From NCBI RefSeq assembly GCF_001194135.2, contig NC_068993.1:10359215-10423214 (forward strand): a stretch of 64,000 nucleotides of DNA. The letters run 5' to 3'. The notes under the pieces are model-generated. The model was not told the origin of the DNA and did not search any database. It worked only from the letters and a program-made list of their open reading frames with translations. This stretch comes from Octopus bimaculoides (taxonomy: Eukaryota). Below are positions 24,898 to 37,724 of this stretch, piece by piece (position 1 is the first letter of the stretch; each line of letters starts with the position of its first letter). Position numbers and translations under genes: made by a program.

Positions 24898-27636
24898 CTA
24901 ATCAATATAAGAAAAGTGTAAAAAAAACAACAAAACGATATAGAAGACAAAGTGACTGATAAATTCAGATATGACTGATAACCAATGTTAACAACAAAAA
25001 TACAATAATATATATACGGAACAAATTCAACATATATCCGTACAGAAACAGTACAAGATTTAAACACTGCATAAATATGTAAATAAATACATTGTGAATT
25101 TCAAATGTTCTTTTTCTTTATTAATGTATTTACATTTGTTAATGTTAATTAATTACATACACATAATATAATTTTGTGTGTGTATGTGATAATTTTGGTA
25201 TGGCTTTATTTGGCTGGGTGCATTACATTGTACTACCAGCACCAGAGTGATTGTCTACTATGGCTAAAGTATCTCTCTGTACTGTGTCAGTTTATATTTA
25301 GAATTGCTGTTTTTCTCGCTGGATGCAAGTGGTATGGTTCGTGTCTTACCACAACACTACTTGAAGGTAAGGTGTTCGCAGTGCAGAAACGTGAGGAAAG
25401 ATGTGTGCTTAGAGCAAGCTGAGGGATTTGTTTTTGGTTGGGTGGGTGAGCTTCTGGTAGATATGTGACTAGCATAGAGCACATGAATATCTAAAAGTGG
25501 GAGAAGAAGGCTCACAGTAGACTGTTGAGTGAAATAATGGCAATTGGCTGCTGCTGTGCGAAAGCCATAATTTGAGGCTGAGGTTACCTCAATAAAACCC
25601 AACCTGGAAATGTTATGTTGCCTAAACATGATGGAAGGGAAATTTAAGCAAATATTTTATAACCCTACATCCTCCTTTAGACATATTGAAAAGGGAAAAC
25701 AAAACAAAATTAGCAGGTGACATCTGACAAAATAAAAAGCTTCAGATGACAGCATTAAATGGGAGAACCCTACAAAAATGGAAGCAAATAGTGTTATCTG
25801 GGCACAGCAGAGAAAAGGGTAATCTTCATAAACACTGCATAATCAAGACCTCTGTTTAAACACCAGAGATATTTGGGAAATGTAGACATTTTGAAAAGCA
25901 TCTAGCATGTTATTGGGAAACACTACCTTCACTAGACTAAATGCTCCCCTAAATAAAAGGACATTTGAAAAACTGCTTTACATTAGGTTCTCTTCAACTT
26001 TGCTCTGCCATCTCTTCTCTCTTCATCTTTCCCAGTCAATTCAACCATATTTTTTCTTCCAGCACTCATTTTCCTATTTTGACACTTGCTATTATGTTCT
26101 CTCACTCTCCTATCAACTCTCCTTAATTTTGTGTAACATAGAATTATGTTCTTGATTTTCAGCATTATTTTTTTCTAGAGTCTCTTTAAGTTTACACATG
26201 AAATAGCCAAGCAAGAATAACTCACACTCAAGAGTTATTCATCTTAGCACAAGTGGAAGTTTTTAGATACAAATTTTTCAAAATATCTCTAAGCACATGG
26301 TGATATGTGGGTCTGAATATTCAGTATGAAACTCTTGTTTGGCCAGTATTTTAATTGTATCTATTTATAAATATAATTAATTACATTACCATATGGTTTT
26401 TGAGTTGAACACTATATTTTTGGATACCTTTAATATTTTTACCCAAACATAATTCTATATAATCTAGTATTTAAAAATCAAACATTTGGTAACAGAAACA
26501 CTAAACCTGAAAAGAGAAAGTGTTGTTAGATATGAAAGAAGAATTGTCTGTTTCAGAAAATGATTACTTAACAAAAAAAAAAAAAAAAAAAAAAAAGGAA
26601 AGAAATAAAATCCCCCTCCCCTCTCAATAAACAAGAAAACATCGCTATCAGATTGGTACCATTTGATCTTGAGAAAAGTTTCTTGCATCTATCTATTTGT
26701 TGAACTGCTAAGTTACAGAACATAAACACGGACATACACACTGTTTGGTACAGTTTCTATCCATTAAAATTAGCTCAAAAGGTATTGGTTGATGTGAAGT
26801 ACTGGTACAAGGTGCCACATGGTTGCACATCAAGCTTAATCACACAGCCATGCCTGCAGCTTTATACATTATATATATATATATACTCTTTTACTGGTTT
26901 CAGTCATTGGACTGTAGCCATACTGGGTACAGCTGCACAACCTTAAATGGTTTTGGTAATTATATTGACTCAGTACATATTTTATCAATATCTCTTTACT
27001 GAACTGCTGATTTACAGGACATAAACAAATTAATACCAGACGTCAAGTGGTCTTGAACTTGAGCATAATTTTATTGAGTTGAATGCTTGTATGCAGGCAG
27101 TCAAACACATATACCCACAAAACCAAGCATTACACAATAAGCTCATGAATATACGTTAGCTTTAGATCAGACCTAACCCACAAGATTTATAATTAAAGTG
27201 ATTCCAGCTGTGCCCATTTTTTTTCAGACAGTGTATCCTTAACTATATTATGATCCCATGCACCTTTTTCTTTTTCAAATATGACAGAATGTGATTTAAG
27301 AAATTCAGCCATAATTTCTAGCACAACAAAAGACCTAAAAGCTCCCGGTTATGTAATTTCACTGCAGCAGAAAGTGTTCTACGCATGAAACAAAAAATAT
27401 GCAATAATTACACTTGGGCCCTTCAGAATTATATTAGTGACCCTAATTTTAAAATAGAGGTTAAAATGAAAAATTCAGTATGTAAGAGAAACAGCATTGG
27501 AAAAGATTTGACAAATGCTGGATTTTATTTATTTAAAAATTTTTTTATCTAGTGATCTGTTTTCACAATTTGATGCAATTCAAGTGCCATAGAGTCAATA
27601 GACATCTATGTGGTACAGCTAAAACATGAATACGTT

Positions 27637-27761
27637 NNNNNNNNNNNNNNNNNNNNNNNNNNNNNNNNNNNNNNNNNNNNNNNNNNNNNNNNNNNNNNNN
27701 NNNNNNNNNNNNNNNNNNNNNNNNNNNNNNNNNNNNNNNNNNNNNNNNNNNNNNNNNNNNN
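27637..27761. other. Assembly gap (others at 44672-44989, 59377-59700, 62332-62702, 62996-63024)
   Basis: N runs. Confidence 1.
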
Positions 27762-28448
27762 ATATATATATATATAAAGATTCTATTTGTAAATTTTTTT
27801 TTTTGAGACAAACATTTTCAGATCAGTTGTATTTGTGTGTAGATGAAGATTATATATAAAGACACAATGTAATGTTTTCTAATATTTTATCATTTCCAAA
27901 CATGAGGGTGTGTCAGTGACTAAGATGTGATGACAGATGGAGCATGCACGAAACAAAAGATAATGCTAACATGAAGCTACGATGACATTTCATACATTTT
28001 ATATATGTGCAGTTGCTATAAAAATCATTTTACACAGAAAGACAACAAGTAAAGCACAAGAAAATACAATAAATAAATGATTAACAAAATAAAACAAAAA
28101 AAAAAAGGATGTTGGTTAAAACAGAAGTGACAACAAAAGCTCAAGGGATGACCATGCCTTATATATGGAGGTTTGAAGGATAATGGGATTGAAAGTGTAT
28201 ATGCATTCGGATTGATGAATGACAAGAGAGAGAGAGAGAGAGAAAGTAGAGAAGAGATGGAAGTATAGTAAAGAGATGGAAGTAGAGTGAAGTTGGTAAA
28301 ATAACTTCCACATTGGAAAGGAATGCCAACAGGCATTTATAAACATTAACTAAACAACAATATAAGTGATATAGTGACGTTAATGACATTGACAGTAACA
28401 AGAACAATGGGTTAAGACGCAAAAGGAACAAGAGGAGGACAGGAATAC

Positions 28449-28490
28449 TTGGATACAGGAGCGGGAGGAGGGATGTTCTACAACAGACAC
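28449..28490 (-). CDS. Possible small cassette exon VSVVEHPSSRSCIQ
   Basis: Strong U-rich tract ending gttgtcag|GTG, donor CAA|GTATTC, 42 nt, phase 0-0. No homology support, and other frames/acceptors are possible. Confidence 0.3.
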
Positions 28491-29391
28491 CTGACAACAC
28501 CGAGGAAAGGTAGAAACACAACACAAAAAAAGAAACAAAGGGTTGATACATATGAGGTGTGGAGAGAAACAGGTGAGAAAAGTGAAGATGTATAGGACAG
28601 GGTATTAGCGGTGAGGGGGGGGGGGAAATGACTCCACAAACAAGCAGGGTGACATTTCACAGTAAGCAAGAGGACGACAGGGGTGGGGGAATGGAGGAAA
28701 AAAAAAGGTATTATTATTGGATACATGTCTTAGAACATCACTTAGCAGAGTACTTTCTAGAAATTGGAAAACAGAGATTAGGAGAGTAGGAAACTAACTA
28801 TACATGCCGAGATTCTATTTCTGAAGATGGTTATGAAACGTAGTAAGCAGATGAAGATTATAGGTGGGACTCTAGCTAGAAATAAGTACATCCATGCACA
28901 GAGCTGTCAACATTTTTTTAATTATTCAATTTAAAGACTGATCTATATTGTAGAATAGGTAAATTCAAACAGAATTTGCCCACCTATTTAAACTGATCAT
29001 ATCCAGCCCAAATATTCTTCCTGTTTTTAGTGTTCAAACCAGCCAGATCTGACCTCTCATACCTATCCTGCAGTATCATTCTATAAGTATACAATCGCAT
29101 CATTGAAATTTCAAAGCTGTGAGATAATGCCTGATTGATTCAAAACAATGTGAATGAATAAGCATTACATGTGACAGAATAATTTGAATGCTAAAGGGCT
29201 AAATGTAGCTTAGAATAGATACTTTGTGTGTGCATACATGTGTTTGTATTATTAGTTTCAGCTGTTGAACTGAGTCTATGTTAGGGCACTGCCTTCAAGG
29301 AATAATCAATTATAACAAATGCCAGTGCTTAGTAAGTATTTATTTTAGTCATCAACCATGGAAAGATGAAACAAAGTGTGCTATCATAGGA

Positions 29392-29757
29392 TTATTACCT
29401 CCGCCTTAGTGAAGGCAGAGATATTCTTTTCAGTCATGTTTGTTTGTCCGTGGACAAGATATCTCAAGAACGACTGGATGGATTTGGATGAAACTTTCAG
29501 GGATGTTTGGCCTTATGACTGACACAAACTGATTAGATTTTGGGATCGATCCGGTACCAGACAAGGATTCTGGATTATTTTTCTTGTTTTTTTTTACATA
29601 ATTTTTGAGAGCGGTCAGGTTCGTATTTAGTATTTTCGTTTGTGAGAGCAGTCGAGTTTATTTCAGATATTATCATTTTAAAAATCATCTCTGGCTAATC
29701 ATTGAGAGGATGTTGGTGTTGCCTTGGTGGAGGTTTGCGCTTTCTGAGTGCTCTTAT
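29392..29757 (+). mobile_element. Non-autonomous Helentron-type (HINE/DINE-like) element
   Basis: Subterminal inverted repeats ACCTCCGCC / GGTGGAGGT, 3' hairpin GCGCT-ttctg-AGTGC, T-rich insertion site. Confidence 0.7.
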
Positions 29758-30389
29758 TATTATTATTATTATTATTTTCATCATTAAATAGGTACAGTCA
29801 TATCTTCTGAAGTAGATTTGTTTAAAACAAAACTTCAAAAAAAAAAAAAAAAAAGGTAGAAAAGAAGCTAGCTTATTGATAGAGATTTAATTAGTACCAT
29901 GGCAGGTCAAGTGACTATATAACTTCTTTCATTAGCTTATGAAGGTTTATGTATATTTTTACCAAGGTCACAACCTATGATCCCAGTCATGACCATCCTG
30001 CCCTCTGCTTTTCTACCAGTGTATCCATGACGCTATCCCATGTACTGTTCCCTTTTTAAGATGACAGATTTAAAGGAGATTTGCCGATTTCTTGCAGGTC
30101 AGGAGACTGCATAGCAGCATGTGCATTAATGGCTGAATATATGAAGATATGTAAATGTAGACCAAGTGTAGGTTAGAATTGCGTAAAATTGAGTATATAA
30201 TGTGTGTATATCTAAGAAATTAGAACAGCACTAGTTGAACAGCTCTGATATAGAAAAAATACATGAGAGTGATAGAGAGAGAGAAAAAGAACCGGGCCAT
30301 GTTCTTATTAGTAGACAAAGGAGTAGATTGCAGATAAGTATTACAGGTTGGTGTCGGCAAACACCACCGACAGACAGAAGATGGCAAAC

Positions 30390-30542
30390 CTTCTCTACCA
30401 ATTCTTGTTCTTCGTCTAGAATAGGGGGCAACTTTGTCTTCATTTGCTCTGCCTGAGCATCAAATGTTGTCACCTTATCCTTGCCCTCACCTTCATCATC
30501 AGAGGAATCGGACGAAGAGGAGGAGGAGGAGCTGGATGAATG
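30390..30542 (-). CDS. cora: Variable-region exon with poly-Ser/acidic tract (HSSSSSSSSSSDSSDDEGEGKDK...ELVEK)
   Basis: Long pyrimidine tract ending catctttacag|CAT, donor AAG|GTTTGC, 153 nt, phase 0-0. Confidence 0.85.
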
Positions 30543-31619
30543 CTGTAAAGATGATGAGGTGATAAGAAGCATGAAGGTGCGCACAAAATGATGGCAACTA
30601 ATGTAAGAGTACGTTTGTTCTTAAAACCAATGAATGAACTGCTAAATTTTAAGAAGATCACATTTGGGTGGGAGGGATGCTTGTTTGTCTTGTGTTATCT
30701 TGCTGTAAATGTCTTATTTTCAAACTATGTAGTTTAGAAAGTTTGGATGAGATGAATGATAAATTTCGTCTTAGGTTTGATGTTTGTCCAAAGAAATGTG
30801 AAAAAAAAATTTTTTTCTTTCTTTTATTCCAGCAGATGATTTGCATCAAGTGTGAACTATGCAATATGAAAAAAATTTGAATAGAAATAGTCTGAAAAAT
30901 TAACAAAGCTATCCTTACTTCTATATATTTGTTTGCATCTATGTACATCGACACGTCTTTGTATATAAGTATATGCGTGTATGTATGCATTATGTATGTG
31001 TACATGCATATTAGCATTATGAGTAAGTGTACATGTATATTTGTTAATATATCTATTGTATATGTGTGTGTGTATTTGTAAATATAGCAGATTAATTAAT
31101 TTTTAAAACAAAATTATACAAAATACAAGATTAAATACACAAAGAAAAAATATAACCATAAACAAATAAAATTTTAAAAACAAACAAAACATAAAATAAA
31201 CATTAATAATAAAAAAAAAACAACAAAATTTTTCAAAATAAATACAACAAAATACAAACTGATAAACAAAAATGTCTGATATATAACATGTTTTCTTTCA
31301 TGAGCATGCATATATAGCAGCGAGAAGTAGAAGTGACAGCATGAAAATGTTCAAGATGAAGTTAATGGTTAAGCCTTAATGGTAAAACCCACTTCAGGTG
31401 TATTCAATGTGGGGTGGTTGATTGGTTGCAATAACTGAAATACTAACAAAAACGACTCCAGTTCAAATCCCTGCAAAGTCCAGTGTGATACTTTTTAACT
31501 GTCTTACTTCACAAACAATATATCCAGATTAAGACATAAATCGTAGTCACTAAACTATTTAACTAAATAATAGATTTGGCTACAATAAATAATTGAATGT
31601 ATTTAATATTAATAACAAT

Positions 31620-32150
31620 TATAATAATTCTTTCTAATTTTGGCACAAAGTCAGCAATTTTAGGGAAAGGACACTAGCCCTGATTACATTAACCCCAGTA
31701 TTTAACTGGTACTTATTTTACTGAGGATGAAAAGCAAAGTTGACCTTGGTGGAATTCAAAATCAAAACCAAGAACCAGCTTGTTGCCTTAATAATAACAA
31801 TAATCCTTTCTACTATAAGCACAAGGCCTGAAATTTTGGGGGAGGGGGCTAGTCAATTATATCAACCCCAGTACGTAACTGGTACTTTTTGCCCAGCGTG
31901 CATATAATTCTGCCAGCTCACCACTGTAGTAGTAGTAGTAATAGCAGCAGCAGCAGTTCTTTCTACTATAGGCACAAGGCCTGAAATTTCTGGGGACGGG
32001 ACCAGTTGATTACATTGACCTCAGTGCCCAACTGGTATTTAATTTTATCGACCCCCACCAAAAGGATGAAGAGCAAAGTTAACCTCAGTGGCATTTGAAT
32101 GTAAAGAGCTGGCAGAAGTGCTAGTAGGCATTTTGTCTGGAATGCTAATG
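31620..32150 (-). mobile_element. Array of about 3 SINE family A copies
   Basis: Same unit as 1770-2460. Confidence 0.8.
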
Positions 32151-32354
32151 CATTGCTGTTCTCTTACAATGTGCCAAAAAAAGAAAAAAAAAACCTCTCC
32201 TGATTTCCAGGAAGGAGAAATACAAAAGTTGTGACATTCATGCCTTGGCCAAGTACATTTATTATCAAAGTGAAGTGATTCCAAACGAAAACTAAAAGTT
32301 GGGATGCTTGAATTCCAATATTTTAAATCCAGGTTTGTCCCCGTTAAAAGGGGT

Positions 32355-32672
32355 GGCTGGATCTACCTCACTCTTACAGCAACCACTCACATCATCTTGA
32401 CCGGTTTTGGGCGCCCTCCTTCTTCAAGTCAACCCTCCCAATTTCCTCCTCCACGTTTTCTTTGGTCGACTTCACCTTCGTGGTTCATTCACTTTAAACT
32501 TTAGCACTTTCCTCAGAACATGCTCCTCCTCCTTCCTCAACACATGTCCATACCACCATGCTCCATTCATCCTTGCCAGCCGTTCCACTGATTCCTCCAA
32601 CCCCAGTATCTCCAAGTCTTTAGCCTTCCTTTTAGCCAATAGTTTCACACCACACATTGCTCTCACCTGATA
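32355..32672 (-). mobile_element. RTE-clade LINE 3' remnant
   Basis: Translates to RAMCGVKL...LGLEESVERLAR...WYGHVLRKEEEHVLRK...PKKTW, the typical RTE ORF C-terminus. Confidence 0.8.
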
Positions 32673-35600
32673 GTTCAAATTGAAACTGGTATTTAGCTTT
32701 TGTTTAGTGACAAAGTTCTTATCGTCATCACTGACATCTATTTTTTCCTCAAAAGCATTAAGCCAGAAGAATAACAGCTACATTTTCCCAGTTTGAAAAC
32801 ATGTACAAACACAATTAAGATGAAATAAACATACTTGCTGCAATGCAAAAGTTACGTGAAACACAAAACAAACCAAAGGCAATCATAAAAAAAAAGGCAG
32901 AACGCAATAATTCAGTTGAACACGGAAGAATAGTTAGTTGATGATGAATGATAATGATGTAAACACATTCCAAATGCCATTGTCTTCCCACAGCCATAAT
33001 GACCATTATTATATATGGCAACCATTCCCAGCCTCTCCCTTATATCCCTAATGATGAGAGGGATTCAACCTGAAAGAGTCATTGAAAGGAACTCTGCAAC
33101 AAGTACCATACATTAGCTTATAAACGCACACACACATTCACAAAGATTGTCTGACACTGCATCAATAGACCCTCTCATCAGGTGAGAACAGGAGATGGAT
33201 GGAAGCAAGGAAGGACTGGCTGTGGGAATTGTAGTGGGTGATAAAGAACGGCGATAAGTGCTAAGAAAATCTGAAACCATCAAAATATACAAAGCAAAAT
33301 GCAACTGGTTTTGTTACAGGTGATGCAGGTAGGTGGGATCTGCAGATTTTACACAGTATGCGTGATTTAATTTATAAGGGATTACTTTGAAGGGGAAAAA
33401 AAAATATTTCTAGCTGGGGTCATGATAGTAAGAAATAAAAAAAAAAAGAAGTAGCTAGCTGGACAGTTGAATATAATTACCAGTTTACAATATATGCATA
33501 TACACACACACATTTAAGACTATGTCTGTACAACCCCTGATGGCACTGATTACACACAAAGACAGGTGTAGAGACATCTACTTTCACTGCCTAAAGATAT
33601 ATGCTCAGAAGCCAACATGAATTTAACAGACTATAATATTTACAACTAACAGGGGAGCATCTAAGAGATTGGCTTGCTTGAGAATGTAGCAGCCAAAGTC
33701 CTCTCAAACCACATCCTATTATCTTAAAAGGTTAATTTGGATAATAGGTCCAGATGCATTGTCTAGAGAATAGAACAAGATGGCCATAGGGTTGACTAAG
33801 GCCTGAACAACAAGCACAAGTGTTGGTTCACTTCATAATTCTTCTCTGATTTCTTCAAAACTCAGTATGGATGAAGTATCATGATGTAACTGGTAAATCC
33901 ATTTAGAAAAAACAATAAAACTCAATCAACCCCCAACATTAAAAAATTGTTGATTAAGTTTTACACAACAACAATTAAAAGGATATATACAAGAGTTAAA
34001 TTATGATGTGGTGCAACTGGATCTTCTTGAAAGTCTAAAATGATTTTATGTACTTTTTTTGTTTTCTTTATCACATTCTTTTGATTAGACATGAGCAATT
34101 ACACAGTAATGATGATGATCATCATCGTTTAACGTCCGCTTTCCATGCTAGCATGGGATGGACGATTTGACTGAGGACTGGTGAAACCAGATGGCTACAC
34201 CAGGCTCCAATCTGATATTTATGATATTTATATTTAAACAGATAGAAGAGAGGCAGTGGAAATGAAGGCATTAGCATTATATGGTTCACCTGTCCGCTTT
34301 TGTTTTCCTTTCTAACACTGATTTCCTTGTGCTTAGTACAAAGCCATAATTTGTAGAGCAGAGGGGTGTAATAAAATGTGGTGTATTAAATGGTACTTAT
34401 TTTAACAATCCTGAAGAACGAAAGCTAAAAATCAACTGGTGAGATTTGAACTTCGAAGGTACAACATTGAAAGTGAATACCTTAAAACATTTAGTCAGGA
34501 TTTTTTTACAGTTTTTGCCAACTTGATCGCCCTACTTCAGTAATCAACATTAAAGCAATAGAGAAGTAGCAGAGGGATGTGTGAAAATGAGTACAAGGGA
34601 GGTACATTTTACTTTCAGGTTATTATAAGTGACCACTAATCACTTAAAAATTTATTAAAATAGAAGCCTTCTTTATAAAGGTATAGATATAAGCGTTTAA
34701 GCTTGTATATTCAGAGCATAAATCTTTCAAGTTACAACTTCTTTAAATAAAGATTTTCCAGATTGCAGTATCAAAAAAGAAATAGAGATCTACAATTTCC
34801 AATCCATTTTATAAGCATTTTGATAATAATAATGAAAAAAAAACTTTGCACATAGAAGCTAATGAAGTCAGACTGGACATAAGTCTTGCTAAAATATATA
34901 TTGGTATAATAATAACATGACTATTGCAACGTTTTATTTTCATATTTGAATCTTCAGAATAAAACACTGCCCTAAGCCAGCCCATCCCTCCATTATTCCG
35001 ATAATAAAAATACAAATGGTTGTATCATTTATTATCACAGGGTTAGCACATCCCTGGTCCTCTTCTAGAGATGAATCTACAAATGGACTGGTAGAAATCC
35101 AGCGATCATCCATGAAGAGGTTGCTATGAAGCAGCTAAACTATAACAGAGAAGGGTTGAGTGCCTTCATTACTCAACTCCCTGGAATATAAAAGACACAC
35201 AGTATCAACTGTAGTATCTTTAAAAAAAAAAGAGATAAGTTTGGATTCAAGGCACCTCAGTTGTTTTTGTTCAATTTTCTCAAAAGCCTCTGTTCTATGT
35301 GGAATAACTGGCAATGCATTTCATGAAATATTCAAACAGTCATCTGTGGAAAATCCCAGATAACAAGATACCAGGACACACAAATGGGGCTGCAATATCA
35401 AACTACATCTTCATCAAAAATGATGACTGCAAGCAACAGTAATGGCAGTGACTCAGTACAGATATAGTAAAGAAAACTACTATTGGAATATATCTTAAAA
35501 ATACATGCCTCTGTCAGAGCCGGGATGGGTATGTTGAAAATCTGAACTACATATATATATATATGTAAAATCTTCAATAAATTGCAAGCCAGTTTTGAGT

Positions 35601-36523
35601 TGGATATGCAGTTACAAGTATAACTGGATATTACTGAATCACTAACTGATATTTGTAGAAAGGAATGTATGAAAGCTTGTTAGGAAACGTAACTTGACAG
35701 TGACAATGAAATATGAAATGGAAACAGACAGCAAAAACTAGCAGGAAGGAATATGAAAGCAACAGCAGCCTCTTTCTTTTTCTTCTTTTCTTTCTGAAGC
35801 TGTATACAAGCAGAAATAACAACAGCAATAACTCGAACAAGAAAACATGAAAAAGCAAGAATTTGAACAGTTCTTATAATGGTGATAACTCTATCAAGTA
35901 GCAGCAGCATGATAGTAACAGTGGACAAACTGAATGTCATAGCAGTGCACTTCAGATTGGACTAATCTAAACAGCCCCACCACTTTTCTTCAGATAGATT
36001 ACTAACACACATGACCATCACACTCACACACAACAATTTTTAAGTAAAAGCAAAAATAGGGAATAAAAAGATTTATCAAAATTCAAAGAAAGATATTCTT
36101 TCTTTTTAGCCTACAATCAGGTTGTAAAATCATAGGAATGTTATAAAAACTGAAATAAAATCTCAAAAAAGTTAGCTCAACCGAAAGTACTGATCTAGTT
36201 TTATAATATTAATAGTGATTTCTTATTGAGGAATGAAATAAGTTTGGCTGGGATTCAATCAAAATAACCATGACTGTGTATTACTGCCATTTATTTTATT
36301 GAATGGGGAGTGGAGTGGACTGAAAAAAAAAAAAATGAAGTTTGAGATTTGAAATCAAAGTTAAGACAAGGCAGTGCACTATTCCTATCAACTCACTAAA
36401 CCTCCCATTTTATTCTTTGACATTATTACTAAGACTAACAATTTTCCTGCATCAGATGCAGTTTAAGACATTTTAGTGATTCATCAGGCAGTCTTTACAA
36501 AAATCCGAAAGTGGTGCACTACC

Positions 36524-36585
36524 ATGGTTTAGTTATGATGGTTTAGTTATGATGGTTTAGTTATGATGGTTTAGTTATGATGGTT
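36524..36585. repeat. 14-bp tandem repeat (ATGGTTTAGTTATG) x4.4
   Basis: Four perfect units at 36524, 36538, 36552 and 36566. Confidence 0.95.
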
Positions 36586-37074
36586 AAAATAAAACCTTCC
36601 ATGCTGGCATGGTTTGCCAGGAGTTGACCAGGCAGAAGACTGCACCAGACTTCTGTGTCTGTTTTGGCAAGGTTTTTATGGCTGGATGCCCTTCCTAACA
36701 CAAAAAAGTGTTATTTTTTATGCAGGCCTCTAAAATGTATCAGCTATTGTTGATAATTTTTGAATAACTTTTTTTTAGAGCTATGAAATATATTTATTTT
36801 CAAATTTTCTATAGGATTTTGTTTTTATATTCTCTTTCTATTAAAAAAAGTCAAATTAAATTATTTTTAAAACCATAATTTTATCTCAAGAATAACATTA
36901 ACTGGTTTAAAAGAGAAAAATAAAACTGCTTTTTATGAACAAAATTAAAACTGTTACCTATCTTGAATATTATACAAAATACTGTAAATATGGAACAGCA
37001 CTTAATATATTAATATATATTTGAACTGCTTTTAATCTCGTTCATAAAATTGCCTAAGAAGTGCTTGGAATAAT

Positions 37075-37325
37075 AATAATAATAATAATAATAATGATGA
37101 TGATCCTTTCTACTAAAGGCACAAGGCCTGAAATTTGGCGGTGGGTGGAGGGAACTGGTTGATTACATCCACCCCAGTGTTTCACTGGTACTTAATTTAT
37201 TGACCTCGAAAGGATGAAAGGCAAAGTCAACCTTGGTGGAATTTGAACTCACAACATAGCAACAGGCGAAATAACACCAAGCATTTTATCCGGCACGCTA
37301 ACGATTCTGCTAGTTTGCCACCTTA
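37075..37325 (-). mobile_element. SINE family A, near full length
   Basis: (AAT)n(GAT)n tail followed by the complete unit. Confidence 0.85.
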
Positions 37326-37652
37326 TTAATCATAATAATAATAAAAAATTTTAAACTGACCGTGCAGGCAATCATTTAAAACCTTAAAACCTCAGAATGC
37401 ACTTGTTAGACAACAAAGTGATAATTGCGAACCTGGAAGGGCAAAGATGCCTTGAAATATACCATGATGAGGTGAAGAAAATATTAGCCAAAAAAGCATC
37501 ATTCAAAGAACAGAACAAATCAGAAGATTGCAGTTTGAAAGATAAACATGATAAATGGATTAAAGCAAAAACAGTGATTAGATTTCTGCATCATCTACAA
37601 CTGCTGAAAATGCAGCAGGGCATGCTGAACAAACAGAAATGTCTGTTGTCAC

Positions 37653-37724
37653 CTTTTCGGATCTCTTTTTAAAAGGATTTCGCATAGGACACAGAAGTCC
37701 AGACGATGACCTATGGACGCTCTT
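37653..37724 (-). CDS. cora: Probable cassette exon KSVHRSSSGLLCPMRNPFKKRSEK
   Basis: Not in the ORF track. gtcttacag|AAG ... AAG|GTGACA, 72 nt, phase 0-0, CpG-containing island in an AT-rich intron. Confidence 0.65.

Noticed and set aside
30489-30490. Strong internal donor GAAG|GTGAGG in the poly-Ser exon
   Set aside because: It is phase 1 and would frameshift into all downstream phase-0 exons. No compatible acceptor was found.
33150-33275. Ser/Pro/Thr-rich frame TYRRSLSPTTIPTASPSLL
   Set aside because: The available acceptors give phase 1 or 2, incompatible with the flanking phase-0 exons, and there is no good donor.
36524-36585. CRISPR-like or functional array
   Set aside because: A simple 14-bp minisatellite with no spacers, in eukaryotic DNA.
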